64,000 nucleotides of DNA from Hyphomicrobiales bacterium (GCA_024225445.1 JAAEMP010000073.1:415-64414), one strand, 5' to 3'. Shown: positions 9,868-20,008, counted from the first letter of the stretch. Made by a program: numbers and translations. Notes: a model not told the origin generated them from the sequence alone.

Positions 9868-11383
9868 ACTGGAAGCAAACATTAACAAACTATCGGGTTA
9901 TCTGACTCGTTTTCAACAAACCGGATTACTAAACCAGATTGGTGGCAAGGCGGTATCCGCCTTGTCAGGCGATACCTTTGACAATCATTCACCAGTGGAT
10001 GGCAAACTGATTTGCAAAATAGCCAAATCCGGAGCCGCCGATATCGATGCAGCAGCCAAAGCGGCCTCGGACGCATTTCCTCAATGGCGCGACACCGATA
10101 ATAAGGAACGCAAGAAAATTTTGCACAGGATTGCTGATGGCATTGTTGCAAGAGCAGAGGAGATTGCCTTTGCCGAATGTTATGACACCGGTCAGGCCTT
10201 GAGGTTTATGTCAAAGGCAGCGTTGCGTGGTGCCGAAAATTTTCGCTATTTTGCGGATCTTGCCCCCGGTGCACGTGATGGCAAACAACTACCCTCACCT
10301 ACGCTGATGAATGTCACCACCCGCGTGCCGATTGGCCCGGCAGGTATCATCACCCCGTGGAATACGCCGTTCATGTTATCAACCTGGAAAATCGCCCCGG
10401 CTCTGGCGGCAGGCTGCACCATTGTTCACAAACCGGCTGAATTCTCACCGGTTACCGCTCGTATTTTAGTGGAAATTGCCGAAGAGGCCGGATTGCCACC
10501 GGGTGTCTGGAACCTGGTCAACGGCTTTGGTGAAGATGCCGGCAAGGCGCTGACGGAACACCGCGATATCAAGGCGATATCTTTTGTCGGGGAATCTAAA
10601 ACCGGCTCGATGATCATGCGACAGGGTGCGGATACGTTAAAACGAGTGCATTTTGAGCTGGGCGGTAAAAACCCGGTGATAGTATTTGAGGATGCCGATC
10701 TCGAGCGGGCACTGGATGCGGCAATCTTCATGATCTATTCGCTGAACGGAGAACGCTGCACTTCGTCCTCGCGTCTGCTGATCCAGTCTTCAATTGCCGA
10801 CAAATTCCTCACCCGCATGGTAAAACGGATCAACCAGATCCGCGTTGGCCATCCGCTTGACCCGACTACGGAAATCGGACCGCTGATCCACAAGGTTCAT
10901 TTTGACAAAGTCTGCAGCTATTTCGATATCGCCCGCCAGGATGGTGCAACCATTGCCGCCGGTGGAGAAGCGGTCGAAGGCGAGGGTTATTATGTGCGCC
11001 CGACCCTGTTTACCGGTGCCGCCAATAACATGCGCATCGCCCAGGAGGAAATATTCGGTCCGGTTCTGACGGCGATTACCTTCGACACGGAAGAAGAAGC
11101 CCTGGCCATTGCCAATGATGTTGAATACGGTCTTTCCGGCTATGTCTGGACAAATGACCTGACCCGGGCAATGCGTATTACTGAAAAGCTGGAAGCGGGA
11201 ATGATCTGGGTCAATTCGGAAAATGTTCGCCATCTGCCTTCGCCCTTTGGCGGGGTCAAGGCGAGTGGCATTGGCAGGGATGGCGGTGACTGGTCGTTTG
11301 AATTTTATATGGAACAAAAACATATCGCTTTTGCCACCGGCAAGCACAAAATTCCACAACTGGGCAAAGACCCGTCCGAATAA
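9860..11383 (+). CDS. hpaE: 5-carboxymethyl-2-hydroxymuconate semialdehyde dehydrogenase
   Basis: 507-aa ALDH (TPWNTP, ELGGKNP, GERCTSSSR) that overlaps the hpaF stop. The call rests on operon context. Confidence 0.8.
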   Translation: MSELEANINKLSGYLTRFQQTGLLNQIGGKAVSALSGDTFDNHSPVDGKLICKIAKSGAADIDAAAKAASDAFPQWRDTDNKERKKILHRIADGIVARAEEIAFAECYDTGQALRFMSKAALRGAENFRYFADLAPGARDGKQLPSPTLMNVTTRVPIGPAGIITPWNTPFMLSTWKIAPALAAGCTIVHKPAEFSPVTARILVEIAEEAGLPPGVWNLVNGFGEDAGKALTEHRDIKAISFVGESKTGSMIMRQGADTLKRVHFELGGKNPVIVFEDADLERALDAAIFMIYSLNGERCTSSSRLLIQSSIADKFLTRMVKRINQIRVGHPLDPTTEIGPLIHKVHFDKVCSYFDIARQDGATIAAGGEAVEGEGYYVRPTLFTGAANNMRIAQEEIFGPVLTAITFDTEEEALAIANDVEYGLSGYVWTNDLTRAMRITEKLEAGMIWVNSENVRHLPSPFGGVKASGIGRDGGDWSFEFYMEQKHIAFATGKHKIPQLGKDPSE

Positions 11384-11449
11384 AAACAGGTGGCTAACCC
11401 AAACCCGGTAACAACTGTGAAACACACCTCGTTCTCAAAGGAGATAAAA

Positions 11450-12304
11450 ATGGGCGAAATTGTCCTGGCAGCCAAGATAACCCACGTTCCAACCATGATC
11501 ATGTCGGAACAGCCGGGGCCCCTGCATGGCAAAAGACAATCGGCGATTGACGGACACAAGGAGATTGCCCGCCGGGCCCGTGCACTGGGAGCCGACACAA
11601 TTGTCGTGCTTGATACCCACTGGTGCGTCAATGCCGGATATCACATCAATGCCAAACATCATTTCAAGGGCACTTTTACCTCCAGCGAATTTCCGCAATT
11701 CATCCAGGGGCTGGAATATGAATATCAGGGCAATTCGGCACTGGGTGATCTGATCGCTGAAAAAGCCATGGCCAGGGATGTGCATACCCTGTCGCACCAG
11801 ATCGACAGTCTTGAACTGGAATATGGCACGCTGGTACCGATGCGCTATATGACCAGCGAAGGTGATTTCAAGGTGGTGTCCATCGCCGCCTGGTGCACCG
11901 TTCACAGCCATGAGGCCTCACGCAGACTTGGTGAAGCCATTCGCGAGGCGATTGATGAGAGCGATGCTAGAGTGCTGTTGCTGGCTTCCGGCTCGCTCAG
12001 CCACAAAATCTGGCCGAATGATGAATATGAGGCCAATAACGGCACATTCACCATTTCCAGCGAATTCAACCGACAGGTTGATTATCATGTGCTGAAGCTA
12101 TGGCAGGAAGGCGACATTGCAACCTTTATCAAGATGCTGCCGGAATATGCCAAATATTGTTGCGGCGAAGGTAATATGCACGATACGGTAATGATGCTTG
12201 GCGCATTGGGCTGGGACAAATATGATGCCAGATGCGAGGTGGTCAGCGAATATTTCCCAAGTTCGGGTACCGGTCAGGTTAATGTTGTCTTTCCAGTGCA
12301 ATAA
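11450..12304 (+). CDS. hpaD: 3,4-dihydroxyphenylacetate (homoprotocatechuate) 2,3-dioxygenase, LigB-type
   Basis: Starts at the ATG at 11450 after AAGGAG. MGEIVLAAKITHVPTM..AIDGHKEI..DTHW closely resembles E. coli HpcB/HpaD. Confidence 0.8.
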   Translation: MGEIVLAAKITHVPTMIMSEQPGPLHGKRQSAIDGHKEIARRARALGADTIVVLDTHWCVNAGYHINAKHHFKGTFTSSEFPQFIQGLEYEYQGNSALGDLIAEKAMARDVHTLSHQIDSLELEYGTLVPMRYMTSEGDFKVVSIAAWCTVHSHEASRRLGEAIREAIDESDARVLLLASGSLSHKIWPNDEYEANNGTFTISSEFNRQVDYHVLKLWQEGDIATFIKMLPEYAKYCCGEGNMHDTVMMLGALGWDKYDARCEVVSEYFPSSGTGQVNVVFPVQ

Positions 12305-12317
12305 TCAAGGGCGCCAG

Positions 12318-12337
12318 GGCCTTTCATGGTTACAAGG
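12318..12337 (+). repeat. partial copy of the head of the intergenic repeat family (ggcctttcatggttacaagg)
   Basis: It shares tttcatggttaca with the head of the 15.6-kb copy and with the inverted tail of the 59.3-kb copy. It sits in the hpaD-decarboxylase gap. Confidence 0.4.
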
Positions 12338-12348
12338 ATCAGAAACAG

Positions 12349-13767
12349 ATGAAATGGGATGAATTTTCCCGCTGGGGTACGCGGATATCAAACTGGGCCT
12401 CATCCTACCACAAGACATTGCGCGAGCGCCCGGTTCGCGCGCAGACAAAACCCGGCGACATCATCAATGCGCTACCCCTGTCACCGCCCGAGGATGGCGA
12501 GGAAATGGAGAAGATTTTCGCCGACTTCGAAGCTGATGTAATGCCGGGCATCACCCATTGGCAACATCCCAGATTCTTCGCCTATTTTCCGGCCAATGCG
12601 GCACCGCCCTCGATGCTGGCGGAATTTCTGGTGACCACGCTGGCGCAGCAATGCATGCTCTGGCAGACCTCACCGGCGGCAACGGAAATGGAAACCCGGA
12701 TGCTGGAATGGCTTCGACAGGCGATTGGCCTGCCGCAAGAATTTTCCGGCGTTATCCAGGATTCAGCGTCATCAGCGACACTTGTTGCCGTGCTGACGAT
12801 GCGCGAACGAGCGCTCGACTGGCAGGGCAACAAAAAGGGACTGGCGGCCAATCCGCGCTTGAGGGTTTATTGTTCCAGCGAAGTTCATACATCGATCGAC
12901 CGGGCGATTTGGGTATCAGGCATCGGCCAGGACAATCTGGTGCGCATCGCCACAAAGGGCGAATTGCGCGGCATGGACCCGGAAGAACTTGAAGCCGCAA
13001 TCAAGGCTGATCTGGCTGCCGGGTTGAAACCAGCCGGGATTATCGCCTGTACCGGTGGCACCGGATCGGGTTCTGCCGATGATCTGGCATCAATTATCGC
13101 CATTGGCAAAAAATATGATCTCTACATTCATGTTGACGCAGCCTGGGCAGGTGCAGCAATGATCTGCCCGGAATTCAGAACCTTGTGGAAGGGGGTTGAG
13201 GGAGCTGATTCCGTCGTTTTCAACCCGCATAAATGGATGGGGGCGCAATTTGACTGTTCAGCGCATTTTCTCAAAAACCCCGACAGCCTGGTCAAGACCC
13301 TGGCGATCCAGCCTGAATACCTAAAAACCCACGGCCATGACGGCCTGATCAATTATTCCGAATGGTCGGTGCCGCTGGGACGCCGCTTTCGCGCCCTGAA
13401 AATCTGGTTCCTGATCCGTTATTATGGCCTGGAAGCCCTGCGCAACCGGATCCGCAACCATGTTTCATGGTCAAAATCGCTGGCGCAACGTTTGGCCAAA
13501 CAACCCGACTTCACCATTACCACCGGGCCGGTGCTGTCGCTGTTCACCTTTCGCTACACGCCGTCGGGTAAACATAATCTGGATGAAATAAACCAGCAAC
13601 TGGTCAACCGCATCAATGATGAGGGCCTGCTTTATCTGACCCAGACACGGGTCGATGGCCAACTGGTAATCCGCTTTCAGGTTGGACAATTTGATGTGGA
13701 AGAAGAGGATGTTATAGCCGCATTTGATATTATTGCCAGCACTGCCAGAGAGGAAATCTTCCAATGA
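12349..13767 (+). CDS. group-II PLP-dependent decarboxylase, aromatic-L-amino-acid (DOPA/tyrosine) decarboxylase-like
   Basis: 472 aa with HWQHPRFFAYFP, the PLP-lysine motif FNPHKW followed by FDCS, and YLTQT near the C-terminus. These are the DDC/TyDC family hallmarks. Confidence 0.85.
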   Translation: MKWDEFSRWGTRISNWASSYHKTLRERPVRAQTKPGDIINALPLSPPEDGEEMEKIFADFEADVMPGITHWQHPRFFAYFPANAAPPSMLAEFLVTTLAQQCMLWQTSPAATEMETRMLEWLRQAIGLPQEFSGVIQDSASSATLVAVLTMRERALDWQGNKKGLAANPRLRVYCSSEVHTSIDRAIWVSGIGQDNLVRIATKGELRGMDPEELEAAIKADLAAGLKPAGIIACTGGTGSGSADDLASIIAIGKKYDLYIHVDAAWAGAAMICPEFRTLWKGVEGADSVVFNPHKWMGAQFDCSAHFLKNPDSLVKTLAIQPEYLKTHGHDGLINYSEWSVPLGRRFRALKIWFLIRYYGLEALRNRIRNHVSWSKSLAQRLAKQPDFTITTGPVLSLFTFRYTPSGKHNLDEINQQLVNRINDEGLLYLTQTRVDGQLVIRFQVGQFDVEEEDVIAAFDIIASTAREEIFQ

Positions 13768-14621
13768 ATCTGTCCACCTACCGGGTTGAAGGGAAGCAGT
13801 TTTTTGGTGCCGTTACGGATGAGGGCATGATTGCCCTTTCGCCAATATTTCCCCAATGGGTAACCTTGCGCGAGGTGATCGAAGCGGGCGCACTGGAACA
13901 ACTGGCAAAAGCCGCAAAAGGAAAACCCGTCACCCATGCCAATGGCACATTTGTTTATGAAATTCCCGTACCCAATCCGGAAAAAATCATCTGTGTGGGG
14001 GTCAATTTCCCCGATCGCAATGCCGAATACAAGGACGGCACGGCAGCGCCGCCGAATATGTCGTTATTCATCCGCTTTGCCCGTTCCTTTGTCGGCCACA
14101 ATGTACCACTGACCCGGCCGAAAGCCTCCGCCCAACTCGATTATGAAGGCGAGATCGCCATTATCATTGGCAGGGGCGGGCGCCATATCGCCGAGGAACA
14201 GGCGCTTGACCATATTGCCGCGCTGACCCTGTGCAATGAAGGCACGTTACGCGATTGGGTCCGCCACGCAAAATTCAACGTCACCCAGGGCAAGAATTTT
14301 GATGGTTCGGGCGCCATGGGCCCCTGGCTGGTGCCGTTCTGTGATCATGCCCAGATTATCGATGTTGGCCTGCGCACAAGGGTAAACGGTGAAACGCGCC
14401 AGGATGACCGCACCGGTCGTATGCTGTTTCCGGTTGCCCGCCAGATTGCCTATATCTCGACTTTTACCACTTTGGTCCCAGGCGACATCATCGTTACCGG
14501 CACTCCAACCGGGGCTGGCGCGCGCTTTGATCCACCAGTCTTCCTGAAACCCGGTGATATCGTCGAAGTTGAGGCGGACGGCATCGGCAAGCTGAAGAAT
14601 GGCGTCGAGGACGAGCAATGA
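13764..14621 (+). CDS. fumarylacetoacetate-hydrolase-family enzyme (HpaG-like isomerase/decarboxylase, single-domain)
   Basis: 285 aa with DYEGEIAIIIG and GDIIVTGTPTGAG motifs. Its start forms an ATGA overlap with the decarboxylase stop. Confidence 0.8.
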   Translation: MNLSTYRVEGKQFFGAVTDEGMIALSPIFPQWVTLREVIEAGALEQLAKAAKGKPVTHANGTFVYEIPVPNPEKIICVGVNFPDRNAEYKDGTAAPPNMSLFIRFARSFVGHNVPLTRPKASAQLDYEGEIAIIIGRGGRHIAEEQALDHIAALTLCNEGTLRDWVRHAKFNVTQGKNFDGSGAMGPWLVPFCDHAQIIDVGLRTRVNGETRQDDRTGRMLFPVARQIAYISTFTTLVPGDIIVTGTPTGAGARFDPPVFLKPGDIVEVEADGIGKLKNGVEDEQ

Positions 14622-15439
14622 GTCGCGATGGAGGAAACCTGACCCCGGTCGAAATCCAAGCCGCGGCCCGCGACCTGATGCGGGCTGAGGAAACCCGCAG
14701 CCAGATTGACCTGATCTCGATGCGTTTTCCTGAAATGAACATGGATGATGCCTATGCCATCCAGGCGGAACTGGTAAACGGCAAAATCGCCTCCGGGCAA
14801 AAAGTCATCGGCTGGAAAATCGGCCTGACCTCAAAAGCCATGCAATCTGCACTGAATATCGATGTTCCCGATAGCGGTGTCCTGCTGGATACCATGCGTT
14901 TCACCAATGGCGTCACTATTGCGACCGGTTATTTCATCCAACCGCGCATTGAAGCCGAAATTGCCTTTATCATGAAGCGCGATCTGGCCGGTGCCGATGT
15001 CACCCGCGACGATGTGATTGCCGCCACGCACTATGTTGCCCCGGCCATTGAAATCCTCGATACCCGCATTTTCAGAAGCGACCCGGCCACCGGACAACCG
15101 CGCGATGTCTGTGACACGATCAGCGACAATGCCGCCAATGCCGGCATTGTCCTGGGTGAAGAGCGTCACAGCATTAAAGATATCGACCTGCGCTGGGTCG
15201 GCGCTATTGTCAGCCGCAACGGCGAAGTAGAAGAAACCGGCCTGGGAGCAGGCGTGTTAAACGATCCGGTCGAAGGCATCGTCTGGCTGGCCCGGCGCAT
15301 GGCAAATTATGACCAGAGGATCAAAGCCGGGCAAGTGATACTATCGGGTTCGTTTGTGCGACCCATTGATTGTCCTGACGGGAGTAAGGTGGAGGCGGAT
15401 TTTGGGAAATTTGGCGCTGTGGGGATGCAGTTTGGGTGA
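14618..15439 (+). CDS. hpaH: 2-oxo-hept-4-ene-1,7-dioate hydratase
   Basis: 273 aa of the MhpD/HpcG hydratase family (KIGLTSKAMQ, EAEIAF, ILSGSF). Its start forms an ATGA overlap with the upstream gene. Confidence 0.8.
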   Translation: MSRDGGNLTPVEIQAAARDLMRAEETRSQIDLISMRFPEMNMDDAYAIQAELVNGKIASGQKVIGWKIGLTSKAMQSALNIDVPDSGVLLDTMRFTNGVTIATGYFIQPRIEAEIAFIMKRDLAGADVTRDDVIAATHYVAPAIEILDTRIFRSDPATGQPRDVCDTISDNAANAGIVLGEERHSIKDIDLRWVGAIVSRNGEVEETGLGAGVLNDPVEGIVWLARRMANYDQRIKAGQVILSGSFVRPIDCPDGSKVEADFGKFGAVGMQFG

Positions 15440-15563
15440 TGGTGGAGTGCAATATTTGATGAAGTGAGCATAGTTCCGGATAGCCAAACAGAAATTGCCG
15501 CTCAACGGGGGAACAGACTCTTTGCCAAAATAGCCTGGATTAGACAAAACCGATCTTCAACTT

Positions 15564-15710
15564 TAGGTCATAGACCTTTTCATGGTTACATTGAACTGTT
15601 TGATGGAATCTGATCAGCCCAGTTTGCAAAGCGCGGCGCGCAGCGCGACCTGGTTGATCGGGCGAGTGCCACAACGCGGCAGATGAACTGATCTGGCCCA
15701 CCTGAAAGGC
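15564..15710 (+). repeat. copy R1 of a roughly 110-150-nt intergenic repeat family (MITE- or structured-RNA-like)
   Basis: The head is taggtcatagaccttttcatggttacattgaactgtttgatgg. The core ends gcgcagcgcgacctggttgatcg. A degenerate inverted tail is cacctgaaaggcc. It aligns by eye with the copies at 59243-59356 and (reverse) 23584-23735. Confidence 0.6.
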
Positions 15711-15758
15711 CGTTTCCTGGTTGCCCGGAATGGAAGTTGCGGCACAAGCGAACAGGAT

Positions 15759-16565
15759 TTAAAATCTGAAATTCAGACCAATCTTGCCAATAAGTACATC
15801 GTTCTTGAACCGGTAGGCTATGGATTCGCCAGGGAATGCTACTGGATCCTGTGCATTAACGATTGTGTCTGCGAGATCGACATACATGCCTTCCAGTTTT
15901 ACACTCATATTGGAATCGATATTGTACTCTGCGCCGGCACCGACTGCGTAGCCGTACCGTGTTTCGTTCCTGCTCCAGCCTGGAGAAGAGTAGGCAAGGG
16001 CAGGAAGCTCCAGCGTGAAACGGTTCCTGACACGGCCAGCCGCAAAGCCCGCTGTGGCGTAAAACAGGAAGTCACCATAGGTGAGGCCAGCGCGCGCTCG
16101 GATTGTTGCCATATTTCCGAACCGGGTTTGATAAGTTGTATTGGTATCAATTCCGGTAAATGGCGGATTTGGATTGGGGTCCACTCGTGAAAAATCATGG
16201 TTGAGTCCCAATTCCTGAAAGGTGACATCAGCTTCCACACCTGCAATGAAATTCCCATCCTGAAAATCATATCCCAGAGACACGCCGCCATTCAGCGTTG
16301 ATTTCTCTTCGGAAATGGCATCGGGGAAAAGGCCATTTGATACATCCAATGGTATCAGGGTTCCACTAAATGCCCCGCGCAGCGCTTCTCCAGAGCTTGA
16401 ACTTATACCTCCAAAAATTCCAAGCCTTAAACCAGACCAGTTAGTTTGTCCGGCTTCAATCAAGGGTGATTCACGATCATTGGTATGTGTAACAATATCC
16501 GCGGCATATGCTGGCATCGCGCTTAGCAACCCTAGCATAAGAGAAATTCGAATCATTTTCGTCAC
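15759..16565 (-). CDS. outer-membrane beta-barrel protein (Omp25/Omp31-porin-like)
   Basis: 268 aa with the signal peptide MTKMIRISLMLGLLSAMPAYA, alternating beta-strand pattern and a C-terminal ...GLNFRF ending in Phe. Confidence 0.75.
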   Translation of the reverse strand: MTKMIRISLMLGLLSAMPAYAADIVTHTNDRESPLIEAGQTNWSGLRLGIFGGISSSSGEALRGAFSGTLIPLDVSNGLFPDAISEEKSTLNGGVSLGYDFQDGNFIAGVEADVTFQELGLNHDFSRVDPNPNPPFTGIDTNTTYQTRFGNMATIRARAGLTYGDFLFYATAGFAAGRVRNRFTLELPALAYSSPGWSRNETRYGYAVGAGAEYNIDSNMSVKLEGMYVDLADTIVNAQDPVAFPGESIAYRFKNDVLIGKIGLNFRF

Positions 16566-17005
16566 TCCGTACGCAGCAATTAGTCTGCCGTTAACCTTGG
16601 CTGCAAATTAATCTATTGAGTGAAATAAAAGCTGATTATGCCTAATAGTTCATTAACGCAGCGAAAAATTTTCCCGTTTTGCCAGTATTTTAGACAATCC
16701 GAGGGTGCGCATATCCCAAATTAGGCCATTATCCCGCAAAACTCGACGGTTCGTGGCCGTATGACAGAAACCCATTACTACAAGTGAGGACAGCGACAAA
16801 GCCTGACAAACCGCTCCAATTTGCTCAACAACAAATGCACAGCCCAATTCATCAATTGGGGGCAGCAAAGAACGCGTTTAACCAAAAATAAATGAAACCG
16901 CACTATGATCCCCAAGCAAATAATCCGCAGTTCGCACACCATAAATCATAACAAAATAAATATCGTCCAGCGTGCTGATATTGAAGAAAAAACGGAGGCT
17001 CCAAA

Positions 17006-18457
17006 ATGCTGGATACACTGGCCAAACAATATTTGAAGGTAGCTGATTTTTTCATTCCCGAAGAAATTTCGGCAGACAGGGAAGCCGTTAACCGGGCACG
17101 CATGTTCCTCATAAGCCACACCATTGGACCAATTCTGGGAAATTCTGTTCCGTTAGCACTGTACCTGTTGGATCCAACGCCCGGAATGGATATTTTTTGG
17201 CTTGCTGTGAGTATCACCGGATTCTGGATATGGCCTTTCCTGCTACGTGCAGGGTTTTCCTTTGACAAACTGGTAATTACTTCGGTGATTAATCTGAATC
17301 TCGCAATTTTCTGGAGTTGCTACTTCAATGGAGGAGTATCATCTCCTACCCTTCCATGGGTATTGATTATACCGATCCTGTCGTTCTTCTATATTGGAGG
17401 AGAACAACGATTGCAGACCACGCTTCTGTCCATCTTCGGAGCCTCGTTCCTGACCTTCACGGCTGCCTATTTCTATTTCGCGCCACCGATGAACGACATT
17501 CCCGAATACGCAATGATGAGCCTCGGCATCGTTTCAACTACCGCCACGCTTGCGTATGTTGCGACGATGGCGCTCTACTATTCGCGTATTTTTGATGCTG
17601 GCGTTGAACTCGAAAACGAGGTTCGCCGCCGCCGTGTTGCTGCACAAGAACTGAAGAACGCTGTTGTGGTCGCGGACCGGAACGGCCAGATGAAGGCGGA
17701 ATTCCTCGCAAGAATGAGCCACGAATTGCGGACACCGCTCAATGCGGTAATTGGTTACAGCCTGATACTGAAAGAAGATGCAGAAGAGGCTAACGATGGG
17801 CAGATGCGCAAGGATGTGGAAAAAATTCATGATGCCGGCCAATATTTGCTCAGACTGATAAATATGATCCTTGACTTGTCCAAGATCGAAGCTGGAAAGA
17901 TGCAGTTCAATGTGAACAAGAAATCGCTGGCCGATATTATTCATTCAGCAACCGAAGGCGTCCGTCATCAGATTGAAAACAACGGCGTTCAACTTGCTGT
18001 TACCATTGCACCGGAGGTTGAAGAAACAGAAACAGACAAAGAACGCCTGGTCCAGATTCTCGATGCAATTCTTCATAACGCCTGTGAACATACCAAGAAG
18101 GGTGTTATTAATGTCTGCTGCCAGTTGAATTCCTCTGGTCTGGAAGATGCTGTCTATTCAATCTCCATTAGCGACACTGGATCGGGGATGCCACCCGACA
18201 CACTAAACACGCTCTTCCAAACCCTGACCGATTCGCGTGATGCGTCAGCCAGTAAATATGGTGGCACCGGCTTGAATCTCACGGTTACAAACAAACTGGC
18301 AGTAGCCATGGGATGCAGGATCGACGTTGAAAGTACAGTTGGCAAAGGCAGCAACTTCACCGTTCATGTGCCGCGCGCCTGGGTTATCAAGGAATCAGAA
18401 GTGGATGCAGCGCAATCTGGGAACGTTCCAGACCGCGAAACCGCTATAGCCGCTTGA
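17006..18457 (+). CDS. membrane sensor histidine kinase (6 predicted TM helices + HisKA + HATPase_c), paralog 1
   Basis: 483 aa. About 195 aa of N-terminal polytopic domain carries FIPEE, ARMFLISHTIGP, GGVSSPTLPW and MALYYSR. The H-box is MSHELRTPLNAVIGYS, with N, G1 (DTGSGM) and G2 (GGTGLNL) boxes. There is no receiver domain. Confidence 0.85.
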   Translation: MLDTLAKQYLKVADFFIPEEISADREAVNRARMFLISHTIGPILGNSVPLALYLLDPTPGMDIFWLAVSITGFWIWPFLLRAGFSFDKLVITSVINLNLAIFWSCYFNGGVSSPTLPWVLIIPILSFFYIGGEQRLQTTLLSIFGASFLTFTAAYFYFAPPMNDIPEYAMMSLGIVSTTATLAYVATMALYYSRIFDAGVELENEVRRRRVAAQELKNAVVVADRNGQMKAEFLARMSHELRTPLNAVIGYSLILKEDAEEANDGQMRKDVEKIHDAGQYLLRLINMILDLSKIEAGKMQFNVNKKSLADIIHSATEGVRHQIENNGVQLAVTIAPEVEETETDKERLVQILDAILHNACEHTKKGVINVCCQLNSSGLEDAVYSISISDTGSGMPPDTLNTLFQTLTDSRDASASKYGGTGLNLTVTNKLAVAMGCRIDVESTVGKGSNFTVHVPRAWVIKESEVDAAQSGNVPDRETAIAA

Positions 18458-18667
18458 TTTATAGAATCTGATTTGAACGAAAACCGTAATGTTTTCCCGG
18501 CCTTTTTCATTTATCACCACATATACGCTGAATAACTAATCTTTAACCATTCTTGTGGTTTTTTCCCTCGCATTCTTGATATCACTTAGAATTTTACCAA
18601 AATTTTCCGATTACCGGCAATACTTCGAACAAATATTAAAACAAAAGTAAAACAAGGAGTCGCTCCG

Positions 18668-20008
18668 GTGAATTACATAAAGACTATTGGCGGTATTCCA
18701 ACCTCCGCCCTGGAAGGCAGCATGCGTGACTTCAGGGTTATGGATGATGTGGATTTAATCAATCGCTGTGATGCTTTCTACAACTGGCAGGATGTTCGTC
18801 GGCAGTCCGGCACATGGCCTTTTTCCAGGGCAACGGAATCCGGGCCTGCATCAAGCTGTGCCGTTCGTGACGATTGTGGCAATCTGAGCAATGGAGTTAA
18901 TTTTGCTTCACAGGATTATCTGAGCCTTTCCTCACATCCAGAAGTGGCAAATGCTGCCCACGATGCCATGGAGGTTTTCGGTGTTCACTCGGCAGGATCG
19001 CCGGCACTGGTTGGCAACACATCCATCTCTGTTGCACTCGAACAACGCCTTGCCGAATATTTGCAGATGAACGAAGCTATCCTGTACCCGACTGGTTGGG
19101 CTGCAGGCTTTGGTGTGATTAAGGGACTTATTCGATCTCACGATTACATCGTGATGGATTCGCTCTCGCATGCATGTTTGCAAACCGGCGCGCAGGCTGC
19201 CACCAGGAACGTTGTTCTCTTCCGGCATAATGATATTGAACATTGTCGTGCTCGCCTTGCTAAAATCCGCCAGCGTGATGCAAAGGCCGGGATCATGGTT
19301 GTGACGGAAAGTCTTTTCTCGATGGACAGCGACACACCGGATATCACAGCCCTCCAGGAAGCTGCAGATGAATATGGTGCGACATTGATGGTTGATGTGG
19401 CACATGATTTCGGTTGCCTGGGCGACGACGGCACGGGACATATCGGAATTCAGAACATGCTGGGTAAAGTTGACCTGGTAATGGGTAGTTTCTCAAAAAC
19501 ATTTGCCTCCAACGGTGGATTTGTCGCTACCAACAATCGGGCAGTTAAAGAATACCTGCGCTTCTATAGCCCGACTTGCACATTTTCCAATGCCTTGTCG
19601 CCAGTACAGGTAGCCGCAGTAACCAAAGCACTGGATATCGTCCAGTCTGAGGAAGGGGCGCATCTTCGCCAGCAGTTGATGAACAACATCCTTTCCCTGC
19701 GCAGCAAGCTCAGCGAAGGCGGTATGGACTATTATGGAGAACCATCCGCGATCGTCGCGGTTAAGACCGGCGATGAAGCACTGGCACGCATAACCGCACG
19801 TGCCTTGCCGGATTTCGGTTTGATAGCAAATCTCGTGGAGTTTCCTGCCGTTGGTAAGGGATTAGCACGTTTCCGGTTACAGGTTATGGCGGGTCATACC
19901 TCATCAGAGATTGACAAGGCGGTCGAAAGCATTGGCGGTGCTATGCAATTGGCAACCGCAAAACTCGAAGCAGGTATTGATCAAGATGAAATACTGAAGG
20001 CGGGATGA
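18668..20008 (+). CDS. alpha-oxoamine synthase family PLP enzyme (BioF/Kbl/Spt/CqsA superfamily), function unassigned
   Basis: 446 aa with a GTG start after AAGGAG. Motifs are FASQDYLSLSSHP, GWAAGFG, VDVAHDFG and the PLP-lysine motif GSFSKTFASNGGF. The stop overlaps the start of the downstream kinase (ATGA). Confidence 0.8.
   Translation: MNYIKTIGGIPTSALEGSMRDFRVMDDVDLINRCDAFYNWQDVRRQSGTWPFSRATESGPASSCAVRDDCGNLSNGVNFASQDYLSLSSHPEVANAAHDAMEVFGVHSAGSPALVGNTSISVALEQRLAEYLQMNEAILYPTGWAAGFGVIKGLIRSHDYIVMDSLSHACLQTGAQAATRNVVLFRHNDIEHCRARLAKIRQRDAKAGIMVVTESLFSMDSDTPDITALQEAADEYGATLMVDVAHDFGCLGDDGTGHIGIQNMLGKVDLVMGSFSKTFASNGGFVATNNRAVKEYLRFYSPTCTFSNALSPVQVAAVTKALDIVQSEEGAHLRQQLMNNILSLRSKLSEGGMDYYGEPSAIVAVKTGDEALARITARALPDFGLIANLVEFPAVGKGLARFRLQVMAGHTSSEIDKAVESIGGAMQLATAKLEAGIDQDEILKAG

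Noticed and set aside
10790-11425. 211-aa minus-strand ORF
   Set aside because: It is an antisense shadow of hpaE.
16653-16868. 71-aa TTG-start ORF between the porin and HK1
   Set aside because: No motif and no convincing RBS. It could be a small real gene, but I cannot support it.
18668-20008. AOS enzyme as ordinary BioF, Kbl, ALA synthase or serine palmitoyltransferase
   Set aside because: This is not excluded. I consider it less likely because there are no bio, tdh, hem or sphingolipid (ACP, ceramide synthase, reductase) partner genes here, and the gene is translationally coupled to a sensor kinase. Phylogeny is required to decide.
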